64,000 nucleotides of DNA. Origin: Octopus bimaculoides. Taxonomy: Eukaryota. Position 1 is the first letter of the stretch; each line of letters starts with the position of its first letter. The stretch lies in NCBI RefSeq assembly GCF_001194135.2, contig NC_068987.1, positions 55,274,814-55,338,813 on the forward strand. The letters run 5' to 3'. A model generated the notes under the pieces. The model worked only from the letters and a program-made list of their open reading frames with translations. It did no database searches and was not told the DNA's origin. The position numbers and the translations under genes were made by a program. Positions 27,485 through 40,309 of this stretch are shown piece by piece.

Positions 27485-27949
27485 GTGAAGTTAAGTTTTT
27501 GTGAGTTTTTGAATGGCTAATGTGTCTTCCACATTGTAATTGTTTTAGTCTCAACACATGGTCTTAGATCAAATCTCTTGCCAGACAAGTGCATCTTTGA
27601 AATATATATACATATGTATGTGTTATATACACATATTATATAAATGTATTTGGTTATTCTGTGTTGCTTTTCCTTTTTGTTTTAATTGCCTTCCAAATAC
27701 AATCTATATCTGTGGAGAGCTGATTGTTATTAAGGCCAGTGGATGGTAGAAGTAGATACCAGGCTAAATATGGCTTGCAGTGTTCAGTTACATCCCTTTA
27801 ACGGTCTGGACTCAAACCCACCAAGGGGCAGCTTTTCACATTTCATCCCTCATGTTGGGGTGGCATAGTCACATCATATATTGATGTGATTAAATTGACA
27901 ACGACCCACCTCCTTCAAAATTCATGGCTTTGCCCTAATTTAATAAATT

Positions 27950-28895
27950 ATTAAGGTGATGAGCTGGCAGAATCATTATTGTGCCAGGAAAAATGCTTAG
28001 CAGTATATCGTCCATCTTTATAGTCTAAGTTCAAATTCCACTGAGGTCAGCTTTGCCTTTCATCTTTTCAGGGTCGATTACATCGACTTACCCCCTCCCC
28101 AAAAATTACTGGCTTTGTGCCAAAATTTGAAATCCTTTTTATCATCATTATTATTATTATTATTATGCCAGACAAAATGCTTAGCAGCATTTCATCGTCT
28201 TTACATTCTTAGTTCTAATTTTGTCAAAGTCATCTTTGCTTTTCATCCTTTCAAGGTCTATGACAGGTACCAGTTGAACACTGGGGTTGATGTAATCAAC
28301 TAGCCCCGTTCTCTCAAATTTTAGGCCTTGTGCCTATATTACAAAGAATTATTGTTATTATTAATGATTATTAGTGTTGTAAGGCAAAGTGGACACTTCT
28401 AGTAAGCCGTGTCCAAAATCCAGATTTGATTCTTCCTAGTTGACACAAATTAACTTTACATCACTTAATTCCATTGGGTTGTGTAAGGAATGGTGTGTAA
28501 TATATTTCCCTCTGTTTAAATCATAGGTCCTTTGTGCCNNNNNNNNNNNNNNNNNNNNNNNNNNNNNNNNNNNNNNNNNNNNNNNNNNNNNNNNNNNNNN
28601 NNNNGGTGCAATTCAATCAATGGCTCTGCTCTTCCCCCTACAAATTTGTGGCGTTGTACCAGTGTAAGAAATTATTAGGGCAGTAGATTAGAAGTATTGG
28701 TGGAGTGTCAGAAAAAATACCTGGCAGTGTTTGTTCTGGCATTTTACATTCAGAGTTCAAATACTGCTATGGTCATCTTTGCCTTTCATCCCCTCTGGGG
28801 TCTATAAAATAAAATACCAGTCAAGTACTGGAGTCAATATAATCAACTAAAACCCTCCCCTTCAAAATTGCTGGCCCTGTGCCTAAATCAGAATC
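27950..28895 (+). mobile_element. Cluster of SINE family A copies (interrupted by a gap)
   Basis: At least three gagttcaaatt...ctttgcctttcatcc...taccag cores with (ATT)n tails. Confidence 0.7.
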
Positions 28896-30034
28896 CATTA
28901 TTACTGAGAGATAGTTAGTGATGAAGATGTTGATTTATTATCAATATTATCATTCAGCATTGTCTCTGTCAAAGTCACACATTGCGCTGTTGTCATGCTT
29001 TATTTTATGAAAGCGAAAAAGAAAAATTGATTTCGGTGTCTTCGATGGTCACGTCACAGTAAATGTTATTCTGAAAAGTGACAGCGGATAAAAAAAAAAG
29101 AAAATACGTATTTGATAAAAAAAAAAAAAAAAGCCTTAGTCATTCATTATGATAACTGGATCCAAGCAAAAACAGCTTATGTAAAAAAGAAAGAAAATGG
29201 CTTATGTGTGTGTGCGTGCGTACGTGTGAGTGTGTGTGTGTGTGTGTGAGTATCTGTATTACACACCTCAGATGTTATATATTCCACAGATTTTTTTTGC
29301 CATGTTTGTAAAACAATTGTTTTAAATAATTAAGAGAAAAAAAATGAACTTTTTTTTTCCAATACAAAAAAGATAATTCATACTNNNNNNNNNNNNNNNN
29401 NNNNNNNNNNNNNNNNNNNNNNNNNNNNNNNNNNNNNNNNNNNNNNNNNNNNNNNNNNNNNNNNNNNNNNNNNNNNNNNNNNNNNNNNNNNNNNNNNNNN
29501 NNNNNNNNNNNNNNNNNNNNNNNNNNNNNNNNNNNNNNNNNNNNNNNNNNNNNNNNNNNNNNNNNNNNNNNNNNNNNNNNNNNNNNNNNNNNNNNNNNNN
29601 NNNNNNNNNNNNNNNNNNNNNNNNNNNNNNNNNNNNNNNNNNNNNNNNNNNNNNNNNNNNNNNNNNNNNNNNNNNNNNNNNNNNNNNNNNNNNNNNNNNN
29701 NNNNNNNNNNNNNNNNNNNNNNNNNNNNNNNNNNNNNNNNNNNNNNNNNNNNNNNNNNNNNNNNNNNNNNNNNNNNNNNNNNNNNNNNNNNNNNNNNNNN
29801 NNNNNNNNNNNNNNNNNNNNNNNNNNNNNNNNNNNNNNNNNNNNNNNNNNNNNNNNNNNNNNNNNNNNNNNNNNNNNNNNNNNNNNNNNNNNNNNNNNNN
29901 NNNNNNNNNNNNNNNNNNNNNNNNNNNNNNNNNNNNNNNNNNNNNNNNNNNNNNNNNNNNNNNNNNNNNNNNNNNNNNNNNNNNGAACTCTCGACGCTGT
30001 AAGCGACGGAGTGCCAGTCAGTTGTTAGAAATAT

Positions 30035-30405
30035 GGAGGTGCAATGGCCCAGTTGTTAGGGCAGCGGACTCGCGGTCATAGGATCACGGTTTCGATTCCT
30101 AGACCGGGCGTTGTGAGTGTTTATTGAGCGAAAAGACTTAAATCTCCACGAGGCTCCGGCAGGGGATGGTGGCGAACCCTGCTGTACTCTTCCACCACAA
30201 CTTTCTCTCACTCTTACTTCCTGTTTCTGTTGTGCCTGTAATTCAAAGGGTCAGCCTTGTCACGCTGAATATCCCCGAGAACTATGTTAAGGGTACACGT
30301 GTCTGTGGAGTGCTCAGCCACTTGCACGTTAATTTCACGAGCAGGCTGTTCCGTTGATCAGATCAACTGGAACTCTCGACGCTGTAAGCGACGGAGTGCC
30401 AGTCA
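30035..30405 (+). mobile_element. Full-length tRNA-Arg-related SINE (family D)
   Basis: Homologous to 17303-17681; 14-bp direct repeat GTTGTTAGAAATAT at 30021-34 and 30406-19. Confidence 0.9.
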
Positions 30406-30469
30406 GTTGTTAGAAATATAATCTCAAAAAAGTCTCTTGATGGTTTCTTGAAAAAAGAAAACTATTTTT

Positions 30470-30958
30470 TTTGTACTTGCTTCCCAACCAGATTGTCTTT
30501 GGTTCAGTCCCACTGCATGGCACCTTGGATGAGTGTCTTTTACAGGTCAACAAAAGCCTTGTGAGTGGATTTGATAGGCAGAAACTCGAAGAAACCTAAG
30601 ATGTGTATGTGAGAGTGTGTGACTATATATATGGAGAAAGACCCCCTTTGTTCATGAATGACCATGGGATTGAACCAGGAAAGTTCCCCTCCAAGGTACA
30701 AGTCCAGATAAGATTGTTTGTGGAAGACCAGCAATAGCCCATGCTTACCAGCCTCCCCTCTCCACACCACTGATGTTATTCAAGGGAAAGGCAAAGGCAC
30801 CATTGAGGCTGCAACTCATTTCTACAGCTGAGTGAACTGGAACGGCTTAAAATAAAGCATCTTGCTCAAGAACACCACACATATCCCTTGTCTGGGAATC
30901 AAACGCACTACCTCATGATTGTGAGCCCAACTCTCTAATCACTGATCCATGTTCCTTC
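30470..30958. mobile_element. SINE family B (+, about 30470-30630) abutting SINE family C (-, about 30640-30958)
   Basis: ttcccaacca...ggttcagtcccactg...caaaagccttgtgagtggattt; then the reverse complement of the 46617 SINE. Confidence 0.75.
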
Positions 30959-31481
30959 ACACAAAGTAGACATGTTGGCAACTGTGGGAGATGTATGTAT
31001 GTATATGTATACACACACTTGGATGTACCATATCTTGGCATTATGTAATGGTTGTAAACTAGGGTTTCCATCATACAAGTGTATTGTTCATTTTCAACCT
31101 TCCATGTTCATAGGACCATATTACCTTGCTTGGAAACAGGTGACGGTTGGAGACAGGAAGAGCATCTAGTCAGAAAAGTCTGCTTCAATGAGTTCCTTCT
31201 GACCCATGTAAGCATGGAAAAGTGGGCGTTAAAACAATGATGATGATTCACTTATTGGTAATGTTCTTGAACTGCAAAAATTAATACCAAGTTATTCCGA
31301 TACTGGTCTTTTGACATTTGCTGTCACCCTACCTGAAAAGTGCCCCTGATTCTTTGATAGAAATTCTCTGTTTAAAAGTAAACAAAACTTTTATCTAAAT
31401 TCCAAGCTAATTTATGTTCCTCACCTTTATAGCGATAAATTATTTTAAAAGATTCTTTATTGTTTTTAAAATTGTGATATA

Positions 31482-31845
31482 GGGCACAGGCATGGCTGTG
31501 TGGTAAGAAGTTTACTTCCCAAGTACATGGTTCTGGGTTCAATCCCACTGAATGGCGCTTGGGCAAGTGTTTCTATTATAGCCATTGGCCAACCAAAGCC
31601 TTGTGAATGGATTTGGTTGATGGAAACTGAAAGAATCCCATTGTGCTTTTATGTAGGTAACTGTCTGTGTTTGTCTCCCATTACTGCTTGACCAGTGCTG
31701 GTGTGTTCATGTCCCCCATAGCAGTTCAGCAAAAGAGATCAATAAAATAAGTACTAAGCTTTACAAGTCCAGGGGTCAATTTGTTCAACTAAAAAAAAAC
31801 CATGGCAACAGTCAAATGGCTGAAGCAAGTGAAAGATAAAAGATA
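31482..31845 (+). mobile_element. Full-length tRNA-derived SINE family B
   Basis: ggcatggctgtgtggtaagaag head, ggttcaatccc B box, ccaaagccttgtga core, taagtac tail. Confidence 0.8.
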
Positions 31846-32113
31846 AAAACTATTTCAACAGAACTATGGTGACAAAGATGTTTGCACTGTTTTGTAATCT
31901 GATAATCGTTCAATGAACTAGATGAAAACAAAGGGCTTTTGACAGCTATGCAAGATTTGTACAGAGGTGCTGTCAGCAAAGTAAGAGTTAAGAGGAGTTC
32001 AGCGATAATTTAGTAAGTTAAATGTCCATGAGGGCTTACCCACTCCTGTTTATTATATTTCTTCAGATCATAAGCAAGAAATTCAAGACTGCTTATCTGT
32101 GAGAATCCCTGAA

Positions 32114-32333
32114 GGAGAGAGTGCCGAAAAGTTTGTTGCTTTGGATAAAAAGAAAATACAGGATAATCAGTTAATTATGTTTTTATTCAACATATTCTCC
32201 TCTCAGATTCACATACTTATCACAGCAGTCCTTTAGGTTTTCTAAGCCCTGTAAAAGTAATTGGAACGTTGGGCCTCCAGCCAAGCCTTTCACAATACCC
32301 TTAAAACCAGGAACTTTTTAGCACCCCTCATAT
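32114..32333. mobile_element. Tc1/mariner-type MITE
   Basis: Imperfect TIRs GAGAGAGTGCCGAAAAGTTT / AAAACCAGGAACTTTTTAGCACCCCTCA-TA, resembling the mariner end at 48719. Confidence 0.65.
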
Positions 32334-32769
32334 ATAATAATAATAATAATGAAAATTATTGTATACAGTGCTCAGGTGCACTACAACTTGTCAAAAGTGC
32401 ATATAAAGCATATGCAGTAATGTACAAATTTCTGGAAAGTGAACTGTGTATGAGTCAGATACATGCTTGCGTGTGTATGGAGGGGAGAAAATCAGGTGTA
32501 GTGTTGGAGAATCTCAGGAAGCATGGAAGTTTTGAAGGATGCAGTGCTCCAACAACTAACAACTGATGCCGGCAGTCTGACAAACAAATTCTCACAGCCA
32601 GATCAGTCAACTACAGCTAAATTCCCTTCCTATTGCCAACCCTTACTTATTTCCCCATAGAAGATTGGGAATAAATGACATTGTATATATGTATGGTGAC
32701 ACTTATATACAGTTACCGCATGATGTCAAGGTAAGGAGACACACATGAATGTGTATGTGTGTGTACACA

Positions 32770-32937
32770 CATACTTGCATACAATGGACTCCTTTCAGCT
32801 ACTGTCAACCAAATACATTCAAGGCTTTAGTCAGCCTGGGGCTACAGTAGCAGATACTAACCTTGGTATCATGCAATGGGACTGAACCCAGAACCATGTG
32901 GTTGGGAAGCGAACTTCTTAACCACACAGTCATACCT
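32770..32937 (-). mobile_element. SINE family B, 5' half
   Basis: Reverse complement of the 31482 head. Confidence 0.7.
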
Positions 32938-33169
32938 ACACCTTTGTTGTATTTAATAGAAAAAGATACATAATATCCTATCATATAGGAAATGATTCAT
33001 AACTTTACACTGTGTACCCAATGTAAATTGGGTGCAGTGTTATCTCAAGCAAGCTCACAGGGAAGAACTATTGACGTAACTTGTTGAAGTAGCTACTAGT
33101 ATGAAGTAGTTTTTATTCCAATTGTTCAGTAGGTTTTCTAGAACTTCACTTCCATTACTGAAGTTCTCT

Positions 33170-33530
33170 TATCAACAGCAGAAGTGAATGTTAGAAAAGC
33201 ATGGAAGGATGTAGAAAAGATTTAGGGAATTATTGATTTTGTTGACAAAAAAAGGTTGCTTCAAGAGAAGGTAAGACTGTATGATGCCTCTATGCAATAC
33301 TATCATGGTAGTAAGACAAGAGCACTGATTGGATATGTGAAGGCTGAAAAAAAAGAAGAAAGTGAGGCATCTATACTCCGATGTTGCGTGTTAGTGTGCA
33401 TAAATGATGGAAGACAGTTGAGGGAAAAGAAAAAATAGGCATTAGAAAAACTAGTTGTAGTGTAAACTGCAGGAAAGTGTTACGGTAGGAATATAAAGTG
33501 TAATAAGGGTGACAGACAGGTGGTGATGGA
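33170..33530 (+). mobile_element. RTE-clade LINE 3' fragment
   Basis: KVRLYDASMQYYHGSKTRAL resembles the K-RLY-A-V----L-G-ETW motif downstream of RTE reverse transcriptases. Confidence 0.5.
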
Positions 33531-35559
33531 TCCTGAAGAAGTAATGAAGGAAAAAAACAAGGGGTTATGCTAGAACTGACTTGTTCAAAACAGGTCAGAT
33601 GGAAAAAACATGTAAAATTGTGGCTGGAATAGCATTACATTTTATATGATCTTCATTAAAATTTGATTTCTAAATTAACACTTTTCCTTATCAATGTGTA
33701 CAGAGAAAATATGGTAATAAATGGGTTTAAATGAAACCAACTATGAATGTATGAAAGGTGAAAGTTCCTCGTGAGATGCAACATATTTGTTACTCCTTAA
33801 ACCATTTCACTTATGATTTTGCTGTCATTTTGAAAGTTATCAGTCATAATTTCTCTTTTAGACCACTCCTAAAATAAGAACTTTGTACTACGTACTTCAA
33901 GATAGGTAAGTCAAACCAAGAGTTATCTTTCTTGTTCTTAAAGCTCATCACAATAATTTGTGAGACTTGTTTTTAAGTTTTTGTTGACCAGCGAATTATT
34001 TTTTATGAAATATTTTTATGTTCAACAATTAGAGCATGGAAGATGCATACTAACCATTCAAGAAATACTCAGAAACTGTTAATTTTTCTTAAGCATTTAT
34101 TATTCGGTACAAAAATATCGTGTCAGTAACCAGGTGTAAGTTAGTGCACCAAAACTTTTGACACCAAAAAACAAATGTTTAAGTGAAGTTAACAGTTTCT
34201 CTGTTTTTGAATGGCCAAAATGTACATCTCCAAAATATTTATTTCAAGATTACTTAAAACTAATATTAATGAAAACAAGACACCATCTTCTCCAATAATC
34301 TAAAGAAAATGCAGAGATCACATGCCTTCAAAACCATTATACTACATTTTGTATAGCTGAAATTGCAACGTCTGAATTACAACTGAGGTTGACTTTGACT
34401 TCCATTACTTCAGGTAGATGGAAATGTATCAGTCATATACTTCTAATTGTTTGAAATAATGAATTTTTTTCCTATAAACTTTCTAAGCCCTGTGCATCAT
34501 TTTTACACCTGTTTTCCTTACTAGCATGGATTGGACAGATCTGTTACAAGAATAACCTTTTACTACTTCCTTCGTCACTTTCACATCCTAAGATCAATAT
34601 TTTCACCACTTCCTCTTGGATTCGCCACCTAACAATGTTAAAAGTCATATTTGCTTTCCTGTGTATTGGGACTCAGTATTAAGAATCCTTGTGTCACCAC
34701 CACCACCACCATTACCACCACTACTAGCGTCTTCATCATCATCCTCATCATCGTCGTCATTTTCATTTATCATCTGGCTTCTATGCTGGCATGGGTTGAG
34801 TAGTTATATCAAAATCTGAAAAGTTGCTGGACAGTGTCATGCTCCACTATCTATCTTGGCATGGTTTCTATGGTTGCATGCCCTTCCTAACACCAGTCAC
34901 ATTACAGAGTGTACTGAGAGCTTTTTTCAAGGTACCAGCTGATGTGAAGACCACCTTGTAACTTGCATGGCTATGGGATTAAAGTGGTTCATATAGCAGA
35001 AAGAGAATAGGAGAAAGAGTGGTTGGTGGTTCTAGACAGAATGGCAAGTATGATGAGAGGATGAGAGGAGCATGGAAAGGAACAGGATAGAAGGAAAGGA
35101 TTATTGACAGGAGTCATGCAGTGTAATTATTTATAAAATGATAAACAATAGTTGATTTAATACACTAGTCATCAAAAACCTAATTAGTATGATGTATCTG
35201 TGATTTGAACCTGAGACCTGACACACTCATATTTTAATGGTCATAAGTGTGTGTGTGAATGATAATTTGCATAAATTAACCACATATAGAAGACTTTATT
35301 CAGTTGGTCACCACTCTCTCCTTACATGTTATGTATTTCTTCAAAAACACAGCATATGCATTTAATAATAAATGGTTTTGCGCAGCAGCTATAACTCCAA
35401 ATGTGGAATGATTGTGAAGGCTACTGACAACATTTCATTTTGTATGTTTCTGCTGTATATCTTCTAAAATTAATATCATTGTTTTCTTCTACATTTTGGT
35501 TCAGATTTTTTTTCCAAGTATCCTATCACTAAGTTTTTATTGATTTTAGTCTCATCAAA

Positions 35560-35988
35560 AAAAAAAAAGAATTTTATTCCAAAATTCCTTCCCCATACTC
35601 ACATAGGTTTCAACAAAAGAAAGATGACTTGATTTATGCCTGGTAGTAAGGAGGCTGCCTACAAGGAATGCATCCGTGAACACCACACTGGTTCCAACTT
35701 TGGCAAACTGCTTGGGTGGAGACACTCTTTCTACTAACAGAAGACACTTCTTGGGCCAAAGATGAAGTGAATGTGGCAAATATCATGCGCAGTTAAAGTA
35801 GAAGCATGACCTGGATGGTGTTTATCACTTAGCTGTCCAGTAGCTTTGTACTTCTGAATTACTTTGGCAACTGTGTTTACACTAATATGTATTCATTTGC
35901 TAATTAACTTGTATCCTAAACCATTCTTGTGCAAATTAAAAATAATTTTCTTCAAATCTTCAGACAATTCTTTTCCTTTTGGTGCCAT
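35560..35988 (-). pseudogene. Tc1 transposase N-terminal relic
   Basis: MAPKGKELSEDLKKIIFNLHKNGLGYKLISK*IHISVNTVAKVIQKYKATG (paired-like HTH), then frameshifted ...LLTTRHKSSHLSFVETY...FWNKILF, truncated before the catalytic D. Confidence 0.85.
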
Positions 35989-36161
35989 TTTAATCACAAA
36001 GAAGATTTTCACCATGGTACACAAATCAGAATTTCTGCAGATGCAACGATCGGTACAAAAATGCTAGGAGAAATAATTCATTAGAAATGTAATTTATTAG
36101 AATATCTGAATTTAGTAAAAAAAGCGGATAAAATATTGAATATAGCAAATTTTGTTTAGGG

Positions 36162-38035
36162 CAGTGTTTCCCAAACCTTTCATGCCAAATTGCAATATCA
36201 CCCACCTATCAGCCAAAAAATGCTCCATCACCCACCTGTGTAAAAAAAACCCTGATACAACAGCCCCAACACAAAATCCTTAGGCCCCTCCCGTATCATT
36301 TGACACATACACTATATCGTAGACTTGTTGGCCTGTTAGTGCCATTTGTACTAAATATGCGGTTGGTTACAAATCCCTTATTGTGGGTTTAGTTTTGCCA
36401 TTAGTCTCAATAAAATTCTAACATTAACTCTATATTTTTCAGACAGAGTAACTTCTGGAAACTTTCACTTTCTTTTACACTGATTTTCATTTTCCCCAAA
36501 TGAACCATTGATCAGAACTACTAATGCAAAAATAATTAATGATTGTATTATAAAGGAAAAGAATAAAACTTTTTAATGAGAACTATGTGTCTGGTGCGAT
36601 GCAGCTAGTGCAGATACATTCGGTTTCAAACTTGTTAACTTTAGCTACAAGTCTTCTCGTTGTGTCACATCCAGTCCAATTTTTTTATGGGAAAGTTCTA
36701 ACATGGTTAAAACCAGATTCAACCAGGTATGAGGTAGGGAAGGCAAGCAAAATAATTTCAGACGTTTCCACAGATTGGGGTATGAGTTCAATATACTTAG
36801 ATGATACCACAAACCTTCTTTGCCATTATGGTGATATCGTATTGTGGCATCATTGTCATTTTGTAATTCTTCCAATTCCTACTGAACATCATCCTTGCAA
36901 TTGACTGCATCGACCCCAAACAGATTGCTATACCAATTTGGAATATTCAGCGCAATAACATCTTGAAATCGCTCCACCATGTTATCAGGCAATGAGTTAA
37001 ATCCTCATCAACTAATTCATCGTTCAAAGAATCAAGTTGTGGAAATTGATGCTTTGAAATGTTAGTCTTATACAACACCAATTTTGAAATGAAGGTATAA
37101 ATGATTTACTATCAATGAGAGTTTTTCTGTTCCCTTGCAATAACTTATTCAAATCATTTAATTTTGTGAATGTATCACAAAGAAAAAAGATATCGCACCT
37201 TGCAGCCATCAATGAAGCGAATAGTGGAGTATCTTCAAAGAAAGATATGATTATATGAAACAGCTCAATAAAGTGTAAAACAGTTTCCTTTTGACAGCCA
37301 CTACACTTTGGTATGGTATAAGAGTTTAGTATGGTCCTCATCATTTCTCAGAGTTGACGGAAAATTCGATAAGACAAGGGACTGGACTTCAATTTGTTCA
37401 CAGTCTTGATAACTAACTGCAGTGCACCATTCAACCTACCATTCATGTTTTTTGCCACTAAATGCTGCCTGTGTGCCAAGCAATGAACAGTTAGTATCTG
37501 TGGGAAATTTCATGCTTTAGGAGAGAGGAAAAACCTCTGTATCTTCCTATCATCGAAGGGTCTCCAGCAGACGCACAGGCAAGAATATTACTGAGTGGGA
37601 TATTATGTTCAAAAAGGAAAGACTTGAGAATGTGAAAAATAGTTGCACCCCTTGAATCAAGCAGCAATTTCTCTGTGAACAGCATTCCTCACAAGGTTGA
37701 AGGTCTTCGCTGAAATACCAAACATATACCATCATCAAACATTGATTGTCCACAAAAGTTGACTCATCCACTTGTATAGAAAATTCTGAACACAGGAGAA
37801 TATTAATGAGCTGATGTTTGACATCATTGGCCATTTCATCGATGCTTCGAGAAATTGTGTTATTACTAAGAGGGATCTTCATTATGTTATCAGGTTATTC
37901 GTGCATAATTGTTGACAAAACCTCTTTGATAACTAGGCAAAGTAATGTTTCTCCAATTGTGTGAAACTTCCCAGACTTAGCAACAAGCAATGCAATGTTG
38001 AACAATGCAATCAACCCCTTGCCTGGCATGCGAAC
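36162..38035 (-). mobile_element. hAT (Buster/Charlie-type) transposon relic with one terminus
   Basis: Terminus CAGTGTTTCCCAAAC at 36162; fragments FNIALLVAKSGKFHTIGETL and IPLSNNTISRSIDEMANDV...FSIQVDEST typical of Buster/ZBED5-SCAND3-type transposases; many stops and frameshifts. Confidence 0.85.
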
Positions 38036-38484
38036 AATTCTGCCAGTTTACCTATAATAATAATGATGATAATTATGATTAACAACTGAAGTAGCATTAT
38101 TACCAAAAGGTAATCTTTACATCCAAACTCTCAGCTTCAGTTTTAATAAAAAAGAAAAAAAACTGTATTCAGTATTCCTGTCTCATTTGTCCACCATGAA
38201 GTGATGTATGTATTTGTGTGTATGTAAAATGTTATCTCACCATATTTATCTTATATGAATAAGTGCTAAGGAGCCTCTGTGTTGTCGCTTGGCCTGCTAG
38301 AAATAGCAGCCAATTCTCCTTCACATCACATAACCATCTTAAAGGGTGAGGATATATATATATGTGTGTGTTGAATGCGATCTTAGATATACTATATCAG
38401 AAAATAGGAAAGGAACGGATGGTCGTAACTGATATACTTTTTTTCATTCTTTAGTCAATGGAAAAGGAACGGGTGCGAATTAAT

Positions 38485-38700
38485 AATCCTTTCAACCATA
38501 GGCACAAAGCCTAAAATTTTGAGGGAGGAGCTAGTCGATTACACCGACCCAAGTGCTCAACTGGTATTTATTTTCATCGACCCCGAGAGGATGAAAAGCA
38601 AAGTCGACATCAGCAGAATTTGAACTTAGAGCTTAAAGACATACGATATGCCGTTAAACATTTTGTCCGGAGTGTTAAAGATTATGCCAGCTCAACAACA
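38485..38700 (-). mobile_element. SINE family A
   Basis: ggatgaaaagcaaagtcgac...gaatttgaac is the reverse complement of the family core. Confidence 0.75.
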
Positions 38701-40309
38701 AACTATGAAAGACTGTCATATAAAAAAGAAAGGTGTTCATACAGAATAGCGTCGGAAATATCTAGTACAACAAAAACTGTAATCTTTTTCTGATGCGTAT
38801 GCTTTAAACAGCGTAAACTAGAATTCAGCGAATAAATAAATGGCGGTGTTTGTTCCCGATACTTTCTGCAATTTTTCAGCTTTAACTTTCTTTTGAAATT
38901 TTTTCAGATTCATGTTTTAAACATCCGAGATAGTGATTCTTTAAAAATATCCGTAACATAAATCTGAAAAGAAAAATAATATTGGGAAAAATGTCAACAT
39001 TGAAAAATTATGGAAAACAAGGAAGATGAATTCTTTTTTCTTCAGATTGTAATCTGATGCTTAAAATGTACACATCCGAAAACATTTCGGATTTTAGTAC
39101 TCCAGATAATTTGCGCTTTATTCTTTTTGAAATGCCATGACCGAAGTGTTGAACACGCAGCTCACTCCTCGTTTTTTATTGTATTAATTCTTTTTTTTTT
39201 CTGATTCCGAATTTTCGACAAGAGATTCCAATTTTGCCCCCATTCCTTCCAAAACAACAAAAAAAAAAACAGCATTCCAAAATTTCAGTGGCTTCAACAC
39301 CACATTGGATAATATACTCATGAGTGTTCTAAAAAGTCGGAATAGTCAAGGCTGGAGCGCGTTCGGTTATAGATTTGCTCGATTATTGTTGTGCGGAGCT
39401 AAACAATGACAACGGGGAGAGAACTTTTGCTAAGTCCTGTCCGCCTTTGTATGTTTAATTGCGCGAGTTATAGAAGAAAAAGACGAAAAGAGGAAGAGAG
39501 AAGGAGGTAATTTGGTATCACCTGTAATCCAATTCGCCAACCTCGCTGACCCCTGTGGAGCGACTGCCTCATCCCTATCCACCACATTCGTTTCCCACTT
39601 GTACCACAATAACCATCACCACCACCACTACACTGTGACTACATCACAACTAACTCGAGCCCCTGCAGGTCGACTTAAGCGTAACGTATTTTGAAAGAGA
39701 GAGAGAGAGGGGGTGGTGGAGATTTTCTCAACGTGTGTGTTAAGATTAGGAAAGGAAGCAGCTATACTAATCGCTGTGGTGTGCTACCATTGAAAGGTGA
39801 TCTTGTTACGGAAGTTCTGCCTATACAACTCCAGTGTTCCTTCTGTTCTTGAATTCGGACTGGCTGCTTGTCAATAAAACGAATGAACCCAAACAGCTTG
39901 GGCCAGCCTGTCTGTCAGTCAGCCAGCCAGTGAGCCAATCAACCAACCAGCCAACCAACCAGCTAGCTAGCTACTAGCTAGCCTTCCTATAAAACACACT
40001 CACTCGCACCTGTGTTTGTTCATATGAAAGAGAGAAGCAAACATTCGGGATAATGTTGTGACCAAAATCGCTGTCAGCTGTCGCTGTGACGCCAAACAAG
40101 AATACGATGAACTGAGTGAAAGGAGAAAAGAGGAAGAAGCAATAGGAAAATAAATAAATAATTGTTTTCCTGCATGCATAGATTTGATTTATTATAAGTA
40201 TTATTTCTTGAGACGTTATCATATACATGCATTTAATTTCTATGTGAACCTGTCTCTAATATTCCTTCATGCGTCACAGTTGTGACTATAAGAGGAAAAA
40301 TATTATTAT

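Noticed and set aside
33862-33905. Plus-strand 44-nt exon-like unit (TTPKIRTLYYVLQD) with a good acceptor and GTAAGT
   Set aside because: Isolated, unrecognised, and overlaps an equally plausible minus-strand signal; cannot be supported without RNA data.
35604-35750. Apparent host exon ending ETY|GTGAGT on the - strand
   Set aside because: It is part of the Tc1 transposase relic (LLTTRHKSSHLSF...FWNKILF).
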